The notes below the pieces were generated by a model that did not search any database, was not told the DNA's origin, and saw nothing but the letters and a program-made list of their open reading frames with translations. The position numbers were made by a program, and so were the translations under genes. A DNA stretch of 63,620 nucleotides, the filler included, from Reticulomyxa filosa (taxonomy: Eukaryota; Protista; Foraminifera), in the NCBI GenBank assembly GCA_000512085.1. It is 15 parts of 15 records of this genome, joined end to end, with 100 filler letters (N's around TTAATTAATTAA, not from the genome) between each part and the next. Parts side by side here need not be neighbours in the genome. Positions count along the whole stretch, not along the records: positions 4,665 to 31,892 come from ASPP01007571.1; 14 more parts are not named here. One strand, written 5' to 3'. This document shows positions 12,337-26,029 of the stretch, piece by piece. How positions within the stretch are numbered: the stretch's first letter is position 1; every line of letters begins with the position of its first letter.

Positions 12337-15300
12337 TGGAATCACCCAGCAGTCCTTACAATAACTCCAAGCACAAACCATGCCACACCACGCGTTTCTC
12401 CAATATCTCATACACTGACTTTACTTCAGACAGAGATTCAAGGCATTTTCAATGAGTATAGACACTACCAAGTGTGGCTTAAGACACTACAAAAAAAAGA
12501 GAGGAGAAGGGAAAGCATAATGCATCCCAAAAAAAAAAAAGGGGGAAAGCAAAGGGAAAAAACCTAACGTCGAACTAAATATAACAACAACAACAAAAAA
12601 AAAAAAAAATTCAATGAAATGAAGCATCTATCATGGCATTGGTTCTCAAACAAATTCGAGCCGGTGTTAGAAGTGGAGACTGCGGACAAATCATTGATAT
12701 TAGTGCGAATGGACAAGTCCACAACAAAAAGATGTGACCGTTGCTATCGTACCAATTTATTGAAAGAAGTTTTGTTATTTGATGTATATGAGGTCCATTT
12801 CTATTAAAATTGAAGGATTAAAAAAAAATTATATATTTATATGTATATATACTTTCTTTTGTTTGCTAATTTTAACAGGAAATAACAAAAGAAGAAATCT
12901 TTCACCTTCTTCGATATTCATTGAGATTTTTCATTAATTACATTGGTGAAGTGCAGCATGTTTAATATCTGCTTACATATACATATACTATGCAATAACA
13001 CGGTTTTCTATAAAAAAACGCATACGTACACAAGTCAAAAAAAAAGGGGACAAGAGCAAAGAGTACATTACAAAAATCCATTTTTTGGGGTTTGTGTTGT
13101 CAACGTATACAAGACACCTTTTCAAAAAAAAAAAGGAAATGTAGTTACAAAAGAAAACTACGAGAAATGACAAAGAGGTGGAAAGAGCAAAATCGAGTAA
13201 TCCGAAAGCTGAAGCTACAAAATTGGGAAAGTCATGTGAGCGATATGGTAAACTTTAGTTCAATGAACCTTGGCCCATTGATGTATTGTCCGGGAAACAA
13301 ATCACAAAGCTACGTAATGGAAGATGAGGAACGACAATCACAACAGCATCAATATCAACAAGAGCATCAATATCAACAAGAACATCAATACCAACAACAG
13401 CATCAACATCAATATCAATATCAATATCAACAACAAGAGCAACAGCAATTCAAAGCATATTACGAAAAAGAACGACAGCGACGCAAAGCGACTGAAATCG
13501 TAATGCAAAAATTAGAAAAACAATTGACAGAGCAAGCTCAGTTGATCGAAAACATGCAAATGAAACAAAAAGTGCAAAGTGCCGAACAAATGAAATTCGA
13601 TCAATTGAAAGCACATGTGACCACGTTTGTAGCCAGACATCCACAATTTGCCAATGACTTCAGCATTCCAACCATGTCTTACAAATCATATGAATCCTCG
13701 TCTCTGCTTGTCTCCAACAAACCAGATTCTCTCATAGAATGTTGGATGCTTATTGACCAAGTTTTGTTGTTGTTGTTGTTGTTTTTCTTAAAAAAAAAAC
13801 AAACTGTTACATTCATACATTTATATGTGTAAATGTATGTATCGAATTCAAAATCTTGGTATGTCGGATGAAACGCATTACGTTGTAAAGTTGAGAAATG
13901 AGAACAAACAATTGAAAAAGAATGATAAGAGAAGTCCAGACGAATTGATATCGAGTTTGTTGAAGTCTTATAATTTGCGATTGGAACAAGAATCAAAACA
14001 ACTGCATCACAATATTGATCAATTACAGCAAGAGATCGACCAATTGCAACATACCATGGTAATATTATATATGTATATATATGTATATATATGTATATAT
14101 AGATTCCCTTTCGTAAATAAGACACTAATGATGTAAAACAAAAACAAAGGATGATCTCTCTTCCAAAGTCTTGTTAACGGAAAGCATAGACGTGTCAACT
14201 CGCAAATCTTCAAAAAAGCCACCCAAGCATCTGTCTACGTCCAAACAAGTGAACATGAATGCAGACTTTTCTGAAAACGAAGAAATCGACGAAAAGGAAC
14301 TTGATCGCGTGCTATTTGTTGAGTGTGTGTGTGTGTTTTTTTTTCCGGTTTTATTTGTCAACATGAAATGATTTCATTGTTTGCTTTGAACGCGACACTC
14401 AAATGGGAAAAAAAATAAAATAAATTAACAAACGAAATTAAACAGAAAGCGGCTCCAGACTTTCCATTGATTGGAAAAAACCAAGAGTTGCAATATAACA
14501 ACAAAGATTTGTTGGCCCGTGTCGATATATTGACAAAGCAAAGACAATCTTTGCAAGAGTCGTTGGTACTGTTTACAAACTTATGCTTTTCCAATCTTCG
14601 CTTTCAAATATATCTTTGTGTACATACCAATTTTGCGTTTGTCTTGGAAACAGCAACTGTCTATTCAAAGATTCAAAAAAGAAGCGTGTGGAGCCAACAG
14701 TCACATCTTTATCAATGATCAAGTTACAATGCAAATATCACACAAAAACACACAGGCATATACATAAATATATAATATAAATATGTGTTGAATTGAATTG
14801 TTTTTTTTTTTTTTTCTTCAAAAAAAAAAAGAATCACTTGATTGATGAACTAAACGAAAAGCTATTGTTCGGATTCAATTTACGTCCAACTCCTTCCGGC
14901 AAAAAGACTCCTCTTCAACGATTGGAAGACAGCATTGACGAAGTCATTCAAATGGTGTGAAGGAAAAATACAAGAGCTTTTTTGTTGTTTGTTGAATCCA
15001 TTGTCTGTCTGTCTGTCTGTCTACCTGTTGTATGATGGTGTTGATTGCATCTGTTGTCGAATGGATAATACACTTGCACATGCACACAAATGGAAAGTAC
15101 AAAACGATAACCGAAAACAACAAACATTACATGGATTTGAATGGAAACGATTTCAGTGATCACAAAGACTTGGTGGAAAGAGTGACCGAACTCAGCCGTT
15201 GGATGAAGGAGTTTTTCCAAGAGAGCAGCGTATTGAATGATATCTTTTTGGTCGGGACAATATTTAAAGAGGAAACCACCGTGGAGTTATCTCAAAGAGA

Positions 15301-18300
15301 CCTGCAAAATGCCTCACACATAAGTCGAGTGGAATACGGATTTCAAGTCTTCAAATATGTCATTGACATGATTGCAAACAACGTTGAGCGAATTAGCAAA
15401 GACCTGCACATCTTGGACACGGAAGCTATTCACGACCCTTTCGAAATCCTGTGCAAAATCAGTCTACCCTTGCAGTCTACGGTCGATTCTCACGGAGATG
15501 ACCCTGCAGTGTGGGTGAACAATTCCGATGCAGTTTGTAAATGAGGAGAGCACAAAGGGAGGTGACTCGTCTTATTACTATATATTACAAACATACAACG
15601 CAAACATGGGAATGGGGGGGGGGGAACTGGAGTACAGTCGTCATCGTCGAATCGGACCCAACATCAATTGTTCTTTGAACGTTATTTGAAGAAAAATCAA
15701 TTGAAGTTTGACATGCTTGAAAAGTATTTAGAGATGGTCCAAAAGTTTGATCAACAGATCGAAGACAATGTGTTTCAAGAAACCAAAACAGATTTGTTGG
15801 CCGAAGAAATACGACAGAGAGAACAAATTGCACTCCGTCTAGGCTTTCCCAGTTTGGGCAAGCTAAGCAAGCTGACTTTGCTTTGGCATAGTTGTTCCAG
15901 CGATATGCAACAAAAATCGGCCCTCATTAAAATTTTGACGCAACTGCAAAGACTCTTTGTTCAAAACATGGTATCTTTCCCATCGCTCTCTTTTTGTTTG
16001 TGCCAAAGACGAACTTTATTATTATTTTTTAAAAATAGTTTGGAGAAGAAGATAAAGATCAAGAACCGCCAGTTAGTCATATCTATTGTTACCTGGAAGA
16101 CAAAGTGCAACTGCTAAAAAAAAGTGTAGACATTTTGCGCAAGCCCAATGACGTGTTGGAAGAAACCCATGCCCTCCTCAGTGACTACTTCATTCATTTC
16201 CCAAAACACGTGTTGATGCTCACACCGCCTCCAAACGCGTATGAAACCGTCGCGCAAACATTATTACAAGACATGAAAATGTACTTGACTGCAGAAGATC
16301 GTACCGACCTTGTCAACATTGCAAATACTCATCCATTGCTGGTTCATTTTTTTTTTAATGTTACAAAGGGGGGGGGGAGCATACGTCCACAAAATAGTGT
16401 TCTGTCGACCCACGATTTCTTTATAAAAAAAAAAAAAAAGGAACGTGAAATGGCTCGACTGGGGTCGTTGTCCAATTGGTTGTGCGATGGAGTGAAACGT
16501 ATGCTGAAAAGCGTGGATAGTTTGTACGACCGCGTTTACAATTACTTGTGCAGTCAAGATGCGAATTATGCCCGTGAATTAGAGAGAAAAGTGGCCAATT
16601 TACAAACACAATTAAACAAAGAGACTCCTACAAAGTCCAGTCTCAAACTCAAACAAAAAATGAAAAAACCGTACAATGAATTGGGCGACAATGAACAAAC
16701 TAATGATACTGTTCAAACCCAGCCCAACAAACGACTGCACAATTGTCGTCTCGACACCCTAGTTGCCATGATTGAGACACTGCTGAGCCAAGAACACATA
16801 CCTGTCATAACTTCTAATCCAAATGGTGTATTATATTCAAACAACAACAAAAAAAAGTCGAGTCTTTTTTTTTTCCCTCCCATGTCAAATATATATTCGT
16901 ATGTTTATTTGTACATGTGTTTATGTTTATTGATTTGTATGCGCATACGTGTGAATGTGTATGTGTATGTTTGGAGATGCATGGATGATCATTGCAACGA
17001 CAACACAAACAAAAAAGGATTCTTGAGCGCTCACACAAGCTGCTCTTATGAAAAGTGGTCGCGAAATAGCAAAGACATGTCCAAGGCAAAAGGGAATGAC
17101 AGCAGTGGGAATGAAGTCCCGCCACATACAGATTGCAGCAGTGACGAAGAAGCTGCAACAGAACAAAAGAAAAAACAAAAGCCATTGACCACGTCCAAAC
17201 CCCAACAACCAGATCCGCCGAACAAATCAAGCGATTTGACAATTCTACCTCATTCTCAATCCTTTAACGCGACAACAATCCAACCACCACAACCCCAAGT
17301 GCAAGTCACTGCCGGATCATTCGCAATCGCCACTCCAAATGCAGTTCAAAACATCCGCAAAAAATACCACATGTTTTCTTTTTTAAAAAAAAAACTAAAT
17401 TAGTGTTATTGTTACCCGCAAAAGTGAAATTAAAAATCAACTTTGAAAAACAGGATGATTTTGAAGAGGAAGAAAGTGAGGACGCCAAAGTTGCACAACC
17501 GCTTGAAACAGCACTTGATCTTAAAAATGCGAAAAACTCGGTTTGATTTGTCTCTATTGTTTTATTTTTGCTTTTTAAATAAATGAATAAATAAAAACAG
17601 ACAGAGCAATTGCTACAAGATGACATAAACGGAACTCATCTACACAAAGTCAACGCAATGGCTGGACATCCGAGTGGCCTGTTAATTATATCTGGTGACG
17701 AGCATGGACAGGTACGCTTTTGGAAGGTTCACAAACAAAGGAAGTGGATCAAACCCATAAAGGTATCGAATTGGCCAGCTACAAGGCAAAAATGGAGTAC
17801 GGTGCAATGTCTGACTGTCAGTGCGCGAGGAACTTTTGTTGCTGCAGGAGGAAGCTCAGATTCTGAAAAAACACGCGGCATGATATGTTTATATCACATT
17901 CAAAACCAAGACGATATTGATATCGACAAACCAATGGTCTTTCGGTCTGGTGACAATAGTAATCTTTTTGCATTTGCTGGAATCACTGCTTTGTGCTTTA
18001 CTGTAAATGAAATGTATTTGTTAGCTTGTGATCTTGCAGGTACTATTGTTTGTTCCGTTTATTTTGTTGTACTTTCTTTTTTCTTTGCATTCTTCAAAAG
18101 ACCACATATATTTCATAAATAAAAATAAATAAATAAGGTAATGTAATTGTATTTTCACGTCAGCGAGGTGAAAGAAAAAGCGATGAGTTTGACCTAGTTA
18201 AAGTAATAAAAAGTGGAGTTAACAGCAGGATCAATGGAATATGTACACACGATCAAGACAAGTATGTGTTTTGTTCCAATGGATCGGAATCATATATACT

Positions 18301-18952
18301 TGCTTGTCAATTTGAGCAACTCATTGACACCATTGAGCCAGTAGTGTTTCAACGCTGCCTCCGTGCGAATGGTGACGAAGACAAAACCACTGGAGTGCTG
18401 TCAACGAAGCACGGGCTGTTTCTTATTTCCAAAAGGTTACAATTATATCAAGTCATTACAAATTCGAATGGTTCGAGGAAAGAGATAATATTGCAAATTG
18501 ATCGCAAAACCCGTTTACCCAATCGATAACGAAAGGTTACATTCAATCTGCAGATGTTCTCCTCAATGGAGATTATATTACTTGTACTAAATCAAATGGT
18601 TTGTTCATGCAAAAACCTATTTTGTTTTATTTTCTGTTCATTTACTGTTTGTTTTTCTCTTTCATATCTGGTTTATGATTTATGTGTAATAGAAACCGAG
18701 CAAGTGCCTTGCAGTCATTTGGTTGTCTATTATTATGATACTGAAAAAAAGAAATGGCAATGTAAGCAGCATCAACCAACTGGCACCAGTGAGATCGCTG
18801 GTGCAGTGCTCATTCCGTCTGTCAATAGCTCGAGTAAATCTGAGCTTGTTGCTGTTTGTCAGCAAAAATACTTACTTCAATCAGGGCGAAGTAAACCATC
18901 AACCAAAAAACCACAACCCTGTAAAATGGTACTTTTACCCATTAAGTTATAA
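12337..18952 (+). CDS. Large multi-exon coiled-coil protein with C-terminal WD40 repeats (boundaries approximate; may be two genes)
   Basis: Collinear + strand exons 13092-13832, 13825-14136, 15032-15544, 15668-17403, then WD40-like exons (HLHKVNAMAGHPSGLLIISGDEHGQVRFWK; ITALCFTVNEMYLLACDLAG). Stop at 18950-18952. Confidence 0.65.
13340..13450 (+). repeat. Coding minisatellite, 18-nt/6-nt units encoding QEHQYQ / QYQY
   Basis: Tandem caagagcatcaatatcaa-type units. Confidence 0.85.
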
Positions 18953-20372
18953 TTTTTCTGAGAAAAAGAGGAAGAAAATAAAAATATATCGGGTGCTAAA
19001 AGGGATGTATTGTTTGTGGTGTATTTATGGATCTGCACATCCAAGATTATTTCTTTCTCAATTTTTCTCTTATCAACTCCATTTTGGCATTGTCACTTTC
19101 AAATGGAGATAGACAGAAAAAACATTGTTTCATTACATCAATAAACATTTACAAATTGGAATCATCTCGTAAGAGGTTAAAAATTATTGTACAATGCATG
19201 TTTCCTGCAATCTTTCGAAACGTTGTGCTGTCAAACACATAATTCTAATAAACAAAGTGCAAAAGAGTCAATAAATTATTATTTTAAAGATATCACTTTG
19301 TTTTTTCTTTCCCACTTCAAAAAGATTACAAAAGTTAAAAGAATATATCATCATTAACAATATGGAATATCTATACTTTGTTGAAATTCTTTACATGTTC
19401 AAACATTTAATTTTTTGGCTGATCATATTTGTTGGAATATGTCACGAAAGCGTCTCGTATCATACAGTATTTTGTCTAGCAACTCGTTAGAAGGGCACTT
19501 CTAATGTTTTTTGAATTTTTATTTATGAGACAAAGAGAGGATGCACATAATACACAAGCATACGAAGGTGGTTCATGGTTTTAATTGCTGATAGATTCTA
19601 TTGTTGTTCAGTTTTACACTTGTACGTATTCATTTCACCGTCTAACAAGAATATAATTCTTGGTGATTCAGCCGATCAACACCACAACTTTTGTAGGTAT
19701 ACAGGACAATAGAAATGTTGCCATTGCAAGACAAAAGTGGTATGCATGGTTTTTTCTTTATAAATCAAGTTCTTTTTAAAAAGTTTTGCACGACCTTTTG
19801 GAAATGGTTACACGATCTGATTTTTAAAAATAATACCTATCTGTAATCTGATGTTAAGAGCACACGATGATATATGTTTAATTTACAATCGCTGCACTTT
19901 GATTGTTTTTTGGGTAGTGCTTCAATATGAAACAAGTTTTTTTGCTGTTGACCATTTATGGAACTGTAGCTACATTATTTCATGTTTTGAAGTAATTTTC
20001 CATGTGTCAGCAGCAAAATAAATATTGGCCGCTATGCTTCAAAAAACAATTACAAAAATTGCATCCTTTATTCAGACAGAAAATTTTTTTTGTGGAGGTC
20101 TTTCTCAAGTTACGGGACGATTGTTTCACTTGTATAAAAACATACTCATCGTCACAGTTGATATTGTCAAACACGATATCATAAGCTTTTAATATTCGTG
20201 TTAGAAAAGAAAGAAACGAGAAGGAAAAAAGAAAAAAAAAATTAGCAATCACGAAAACAGAAAAAATTGATCCAACAATTGACAATTTTCATAACTTACA
20301 GATGTGTAATTCTTGAGGTTTTTCTCCATGTAATCTAATTTTTTTGTCCTAAAATTTTTGGATTATGGAAAT

Positions 20373-21746
20373 TTACATAACATTTCTTTTCACAGCGAGC
20401 TCTGATGAGAAGATAAGACCACGCTGCTCATGATTGGAAAATTGTGAATGGCGTTGCAAACCGCTTTCATCGACAAACTTTCGATAACAAGTAGAGCAAC
20501 AATAAGGTTTTTCGGCTATTATTGTGTTATAGGACCGAAAGACAAGAAAAAATGGTATATTGTTTGAAATTATTTTTGTCCTCAATACTAAAAAAAAAAT
20601 TCCTAGCCTGAATGGACACGAAGATGATCAAGTAAATGATTTTTTCGATAAAAGCGTTGGTTGCAATATTGGCACAACAAGATGCTCCCACCTACATAAT
20701 TGTATATTATTGTTTGTTTTGACTTTTAAGACAATTTGGCGAATAACACCTAAATAAGTCGAAGAGACAGAGAAAAAGCCAACCTAAATTAGTTTTAGTG
20801 ACATCTGAGGCATCCACATTCAGTACAACAGGCAACCACGATGTTGGATTACTGGAAGTGACACTCGATGGATTGTTGCTGTTTTGAGAATTAACAACGT
20901 ACACACAAACATTTGAATTCACGTTGTCTGGTACAATATTCTCACGGGTACAACAATCTCTTTGTTGGTTCAGGGGAATTTACGCAATTTTGTTGACACA
21001 CAGTAACATCAGAGCCGACAGGTAGATCATTAGCTCTCACCATATTACCCGCCGTAGCATGTGACGAACATATTTGATTCTGTTGCATTAGGGTCATCAG
21101 ACTCGTTGCCACCTCTTGCTCTTTTTCGCTAAACTGAGTTGATGCGTTTGCCTTTTGTTTTGTTATTATTTTTTCTAAACGTACATATTTCAGAGTGCAT
21201 TACAACATCACGTAGACATAAGCTTTTCTTTTTTTGATTTGTTTTCACAGTTTGAAATTTTTTTACAACTAAAAAAATTGCAACTAAAAAAAAAAGAAAT
21301 GTAATACACAAAGCCTTACGTACCTCGACGTTGAAAACAGCAATTGGTTGCTTTTTTCTTTGCTCTGAGTGCTGTAGCTGTTGTCTTTTCTTCGCGTTAT
21401 TATACTTAACTTGTTGATATTCTTTCAAAATTTGTGCTGTTTTTCGCAAAAATGCGCTATAATGGAACACTGAGGGCGCATAACCCGAAATGCTTTTGTA
21501 GTAACACCATATCTTACGCTCATTAATAGCCTGCTGAAGACATACTTGATTCATTCTGTTCCACATTTGATCACATGACAATTCCATCTCTTGCAAATAG
21601 GTACTGTTACTCCACGCCTTTTCTTTTTCTCTTTGATCCGCCTGTTCATTGGGGAGCATATTTGTGCTCTTTGCACCTTCAATATCATACCCTTTATTCC
21701 AATCCAGATAAGTCGATGAAGTAGAAGTCACATTTGGTGCTGTCAT
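20373..21746 (-). CDS. C2H2 zinc-finger protein (multi-exon)
   Basis: Spliced fingers CQYCNQRFYRKNHLLDHLRVHS-AEKPY-CCSTCYRKFVDESGLQRHSQFSNH with a TGEKPY-type linker; N-terminal exon 21129-21755. Confidence 0.75.
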
Positions 21747-22271
21747 TTCTTGCAAGTGATCCTCAATTTATTTCTATGCGTGTTTTTAATTAAATGCAAA
21801 AAAAACATGTTACGACACTACTTGTAGTGTTTTGTGTCTTCTACTTGTGCTGTGAAACTGACCCAAGTATTATGCCAAAATTCAAACTCAAAGTGTGCTG
21901 TCCAAGCCAAAAACCAAGAATGTGCTCACTTCTGGTCACAACCGTATTTTGTAGCGAAAATTTTTTTTGAAAAGAGCAATAGTTTTTGGGTTGTCAAAGC
22001 AAAAATCACTTTTGCATATACTGAGGAACGTTTGACTGCTATAAGGCTTGGCTTCTTGAAACTTCAAGAAACTTTAGGACGTGAAAAGATTTGCTTATAA
22101 ATCGAGAAGAACTGATCAGATTGCCAAGTTTTCTTGTTTCACGTGTTTACAACAAAATATCGACTGCAATATTGATCGAATCCAAAAGCAAAGTTTCGAG
22201 TTGGCTTCGTTTTTAAGATTTTTTTAAAGTTCGGGTACCTATAATTTTTCTAAAAACCATCCACATCCACA

Positions 22272-23004
22272 ATGCTCCCCCCTTCAATGATTACAATAGC
22301 TGGAACGCTCTATAATCTCTTCTTTCATTGGCCGTATCTTCTCATTTCCTATTGTTTCTTCCTCTTAAGTTGGCTTGTATTTTTTGTGTCAAGAAACAAT
22401 ATTGTACTAAATGAAAATCTGAACAAAAAGGGGAAAAAACGAAATAATTTAAATCACAGATCTTTTGGTAATTATCAGTATTGTGACAGCACCGTGTATT
22501 TATCAATATTTCCTTCGTAAGCAACAACAAGAAATGAGACAAAGCGAGCCAAAACCCAAAACACAAGACTTAGAACTCAATTTGAAAGAACAAAACGAAT
22601 TACTGAACTACAAATTGTGTTATTTTGTGAAAAAAATACCACCACTCAAGCATTTGCAAACACAATATCAAATCGACTCACACAACTTGTCGAAATATGC
22701 ATTCGAAGAGATTGGCGCAGCAAATATAGCCTTGGTAAAAGGTTTGATTGATTTTTTGCAAGGTGAAAAACGAAAAGCAAAAGAAGCACCAAAACAAGAG
22801 AAAAAGAAAAAACCACGCAGTTCCGAGAAACCCAAGGAAGTTCATGAGGTACAACAAACACAGCCACCAGTACAGCCAACACAACCGCCTTCAACGAATA
22901 GTTCTGCACCTGCGGCTGTATCTGCGCCTACTATTGATCTGCCCCCAGCCCCTGTTCCACCTTCAGCTCCAACTCCTGCTCCTACTGAGACAAGTACTAA
23001 CTGA
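22272..23004 (+). CDS. Small membrane protein with Lys- and Pro-rich C-terminus
   Basis: Hydrophobic N-terminal exon(s) and ORF 22465-23004. Confidence 0.55.
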
Positions 23005-23338
23005 AGTACCACCTAAAGTGTACATCGTTTTGTGTTTATTAGATGATGCACAGCCGTTCACTGCTAATAAATTTTGGTTTTGTTGGTTGCTTGTCTCTTT
23101 GAAATGTAATAAACTCGGGAGAATCAACCATAAAGTTTCATATTAAAAGAACTATTAAAAGGTGTTTACTCGACGTCATTGGCAATTTAAATTCCAAAAA
23201 CTAAATAAAGCAAAAAAAAACAGAATTGGAAAATCTTTCATTAACACTTAATTCAATCAATTTGCAAAAAAAAAAGTGTGAGTTTTGCGTAATGGATCGG
23301 ATTACAAAGAGTAGTTTTAATTTCCCTCCTTTGTTTCA

Positions 23339-23866
23339 TTAGTAAAAAAATCCAAGCACTTTCCCACCAGTGTGCTTTGCTAGTGCTTCTTCATGATCCA
23401 TTATCCCATAGCTGGTTGTTAGTACCACAAAACCATACTGTCTGCTTGGCAACAGCTCACTGGATCTTCTTTCAATTTGTTTTCGACCAATGTCAAAGCG
23501 AGGAGATATCACTCCAGCTTTGTTAAGTCGTCCTAGCAATTCCACGACACATTTTTTGTTTCGTTTATCGTCAATAACTTCAAAATCGCCAATATATCCT
23601 ATTCGTTTATTATTTGACTTTTTAAAAAGAGTGGACCTGCGAAATTTCGACAACGTGCGTAACCAGTATACATTAAAAACAAGAGTTGGCAAAGCACTTT
23701 TACAAAAACTTCAAAACAATGAACAATCAATACCGTGCTTTTGCATGACAAGCAAAAACTTTAACACGACTTTTGAAACAGGACGAATCAATACTTGTCT
23801 TCGTCCAATTCTTTCAGCATTCACCAAAGCAGTCAATGCATTACGCAACACACTGTAATAAACCAT
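23339..23866 (-). CDS. RPS15A: 40S ribosomal protein S15a (uS8); exons 23866-23734 and 23598-23339, intron 23599-23733
   Basis: [45 protein letters not shown]|[10 protein letters not shown]...[18 protein letters not shown]...[24 protein letters not shown]...GGKVLGFFY; GT-AG intron. Confidence 0.97.
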
Positions 23867-25036
23867 GTTTGGTAAATTGTGTTATGCTAACAAAAGGAGG
23901 GTCCACTGACAAAAATTTTTTTAAACGGATGAAGAGCCTGGCTGTTGTGAAGCATTCCTCAAAAAGGATTTGAATTTTGTTTGCTTTTTGGTCAATATGT
24001 GATGCAATTTGTGTGCGCCTTAAATACAAAAAGATAATATGTAATAACATTTATTATGCCATATAAAATTAGATTTCTCTAATAATTTTTATTTAAATAA
24101 ATCTTGCAAATTTTGAGCAAGTGATCATTAAAATTCAACAAAAGACAAACAAACCAAACTAAATATCTTTTGCATATCAAATGTGTTTTTTTATGGCACA
24201 CGAATTATGAGTTATTGCAAGTATGTATTGATACAACAATGGCTGAAAGAAGTTAGTAGATGCTTAGCCTTTTTTTTCCAAAATAACAACATCATTGCAA
24301 ACAAGAAAGGTAACCAAAAAAAGGCAAGGGCAAAAAAGGACCCACTCAACTGTATTTGAATAATTTATAATTTTGTGTGAAATGATCAAAGAGGGGTGAG
24401 AGATGTCTCAAGTGAGTGGAGGAGACTCTGATGACTCACATCAATTGTGTGGCAAAGCATATGCTTTTCCTTTCAAGGTGATTGAAGAGAGAAAAAAAAA
24501 CAACCCAATAAACAATAACCAAAGGGGGTGGAGTGTGTGCCCTTTCCAAAAAAAAGAAAAAAAGGAAACAAACAAAAACTGCGGATAGCATTTGCAACTT
24601 GTCCTCAGCCTATTTTTTTTTTTGCACACAAGGGACTTTTTTCTCCGTATTTTTACTACTTTGTTTGCGCCCCCTTTTATTTTAAACAATAACAAAAACC
24701 TTTGAGAATGAACCATTTTTTTCTTCTTAACTTTCTTAACTTTTTTTTTTTTTTTGATAAATTCATTTTGCAATAAGCCAACACCAACAACCAAAAAGAA
24801 CAACAGCAAACAAAATCTCAAATCCCAAACATTAACTTTTTGTCATTGTCAACCCTCTTGATCAAAGCAAAGAATTTCAATGATTGTTCTCTTTTTTTTT
24901 TTAGTTCCCTCTCTAAACTATTCCCATTAAAAAGAATAAGCGGGTCAAAGGTAGAGAAGGGTGAGAGCAAAAAGAAAGTGGTTTGCAGTTCTGGTTATTG
25001 TTGTTGCGACTTCGTTATCTGTTTAGAGCGAGTGAT

Positions 25037-25770
25037 TTAAAACTTGAAACCGGGAGGGCTTTTTCTCCAATTGGAATCATTACCAAACTGACTGCCGTAA
25101 CGGTCTGCTTCCCCATTTCCGCCTGCTCCAGGCCCAGTTCCAACCCCGCGACCACGTCCAGTGCCACGAAGCGCACCTCGTCCACGCATATACATTGGCT
25201 GCATTAACTCTTTCATACCGCGACCCATGCCCAAGCCTTCTATTTTTTGCAAAGGCAATCATGTATAACGTCGCTCTTGTACAAAACACAAGCACAGCAA
25301 GATGTGTGGCAGAAAAAGAGCATCAATAAATGGAAATAGAAATGGTTGGAAAGTTTTGTTTTCTTTGTCAATGTATTACTCGTACCAATAGTGGCCTGCT
25401 TTTTATAATGCGGATCCAATCTTTTGAACATTGGGGCATGCTTTAGCATATCTGGCATTACTACAAATCGAATTTTTCTCCCACATAGGTAAATGTTTGA
25501 GAGCAATCGCTTATTGCCTTTTGCGTCCCAATGTGTCACATCCTTCATTTGTAAGTTCATTGAATCCTGTTAATATCATATATTTTTCAGTGTGGTCTTC
25601 TTTGACAAGAATATTCATAAAAATGCACAACAACATAACGCTCTGACCTCTGCTTTGGCTAGTACTCCTCGAAACATTTCTCCTGTTGCAGTTTCAACAC
25701 ATATAACGTGGCCTTCACATTCATTCAAGAGCTTAATGGGGACTCCAAGTTGTTGTGCTGACAGTGACAT
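25037..25770 (-). CDS. SNRPD3: Small nuclear ribonucleoprotein Sm D3 (3 exons)
   Basis: [34 protein letters not shown]|[11 protein letters not shown]...[18 protein letters not shown] plus an RG-rich tail. Confidence 0.93.
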
Positions 25771-26029
25771 TGTTTTGAAGAAATTGAGCGGAATTAATAA
25801 ATAAAATATTTGCCCGCGGGGCAACTTGGAAAAGGGAAAAACAAAGACAAATGCGCGGACAAAAGTTATCAACTTAATTTTCTTTGAAAAGCTAAAAAAC
25901 CACCGAAAGTGATGTAACTTCTCAGAACTGAAAGTAAAGGGTTTTTGAAACGCTGGTTAACTTTACAACGTTTGCTACCTTAGGAACTTTTTAAGTCTCA
26001 AAAAGCAAAAGCGTTGAAAACGAGCAATA

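Noticed and set aside
23599-23733. snoRNA in the RPS15A intron
   Set aside because: No C/D boxes or convincing H/ACA layout found.
24428-24460. Second hammerhead core (CTGATGA + CACA/TGTG stem)
   Set aside because: Lacks GAAA and stems I/III.
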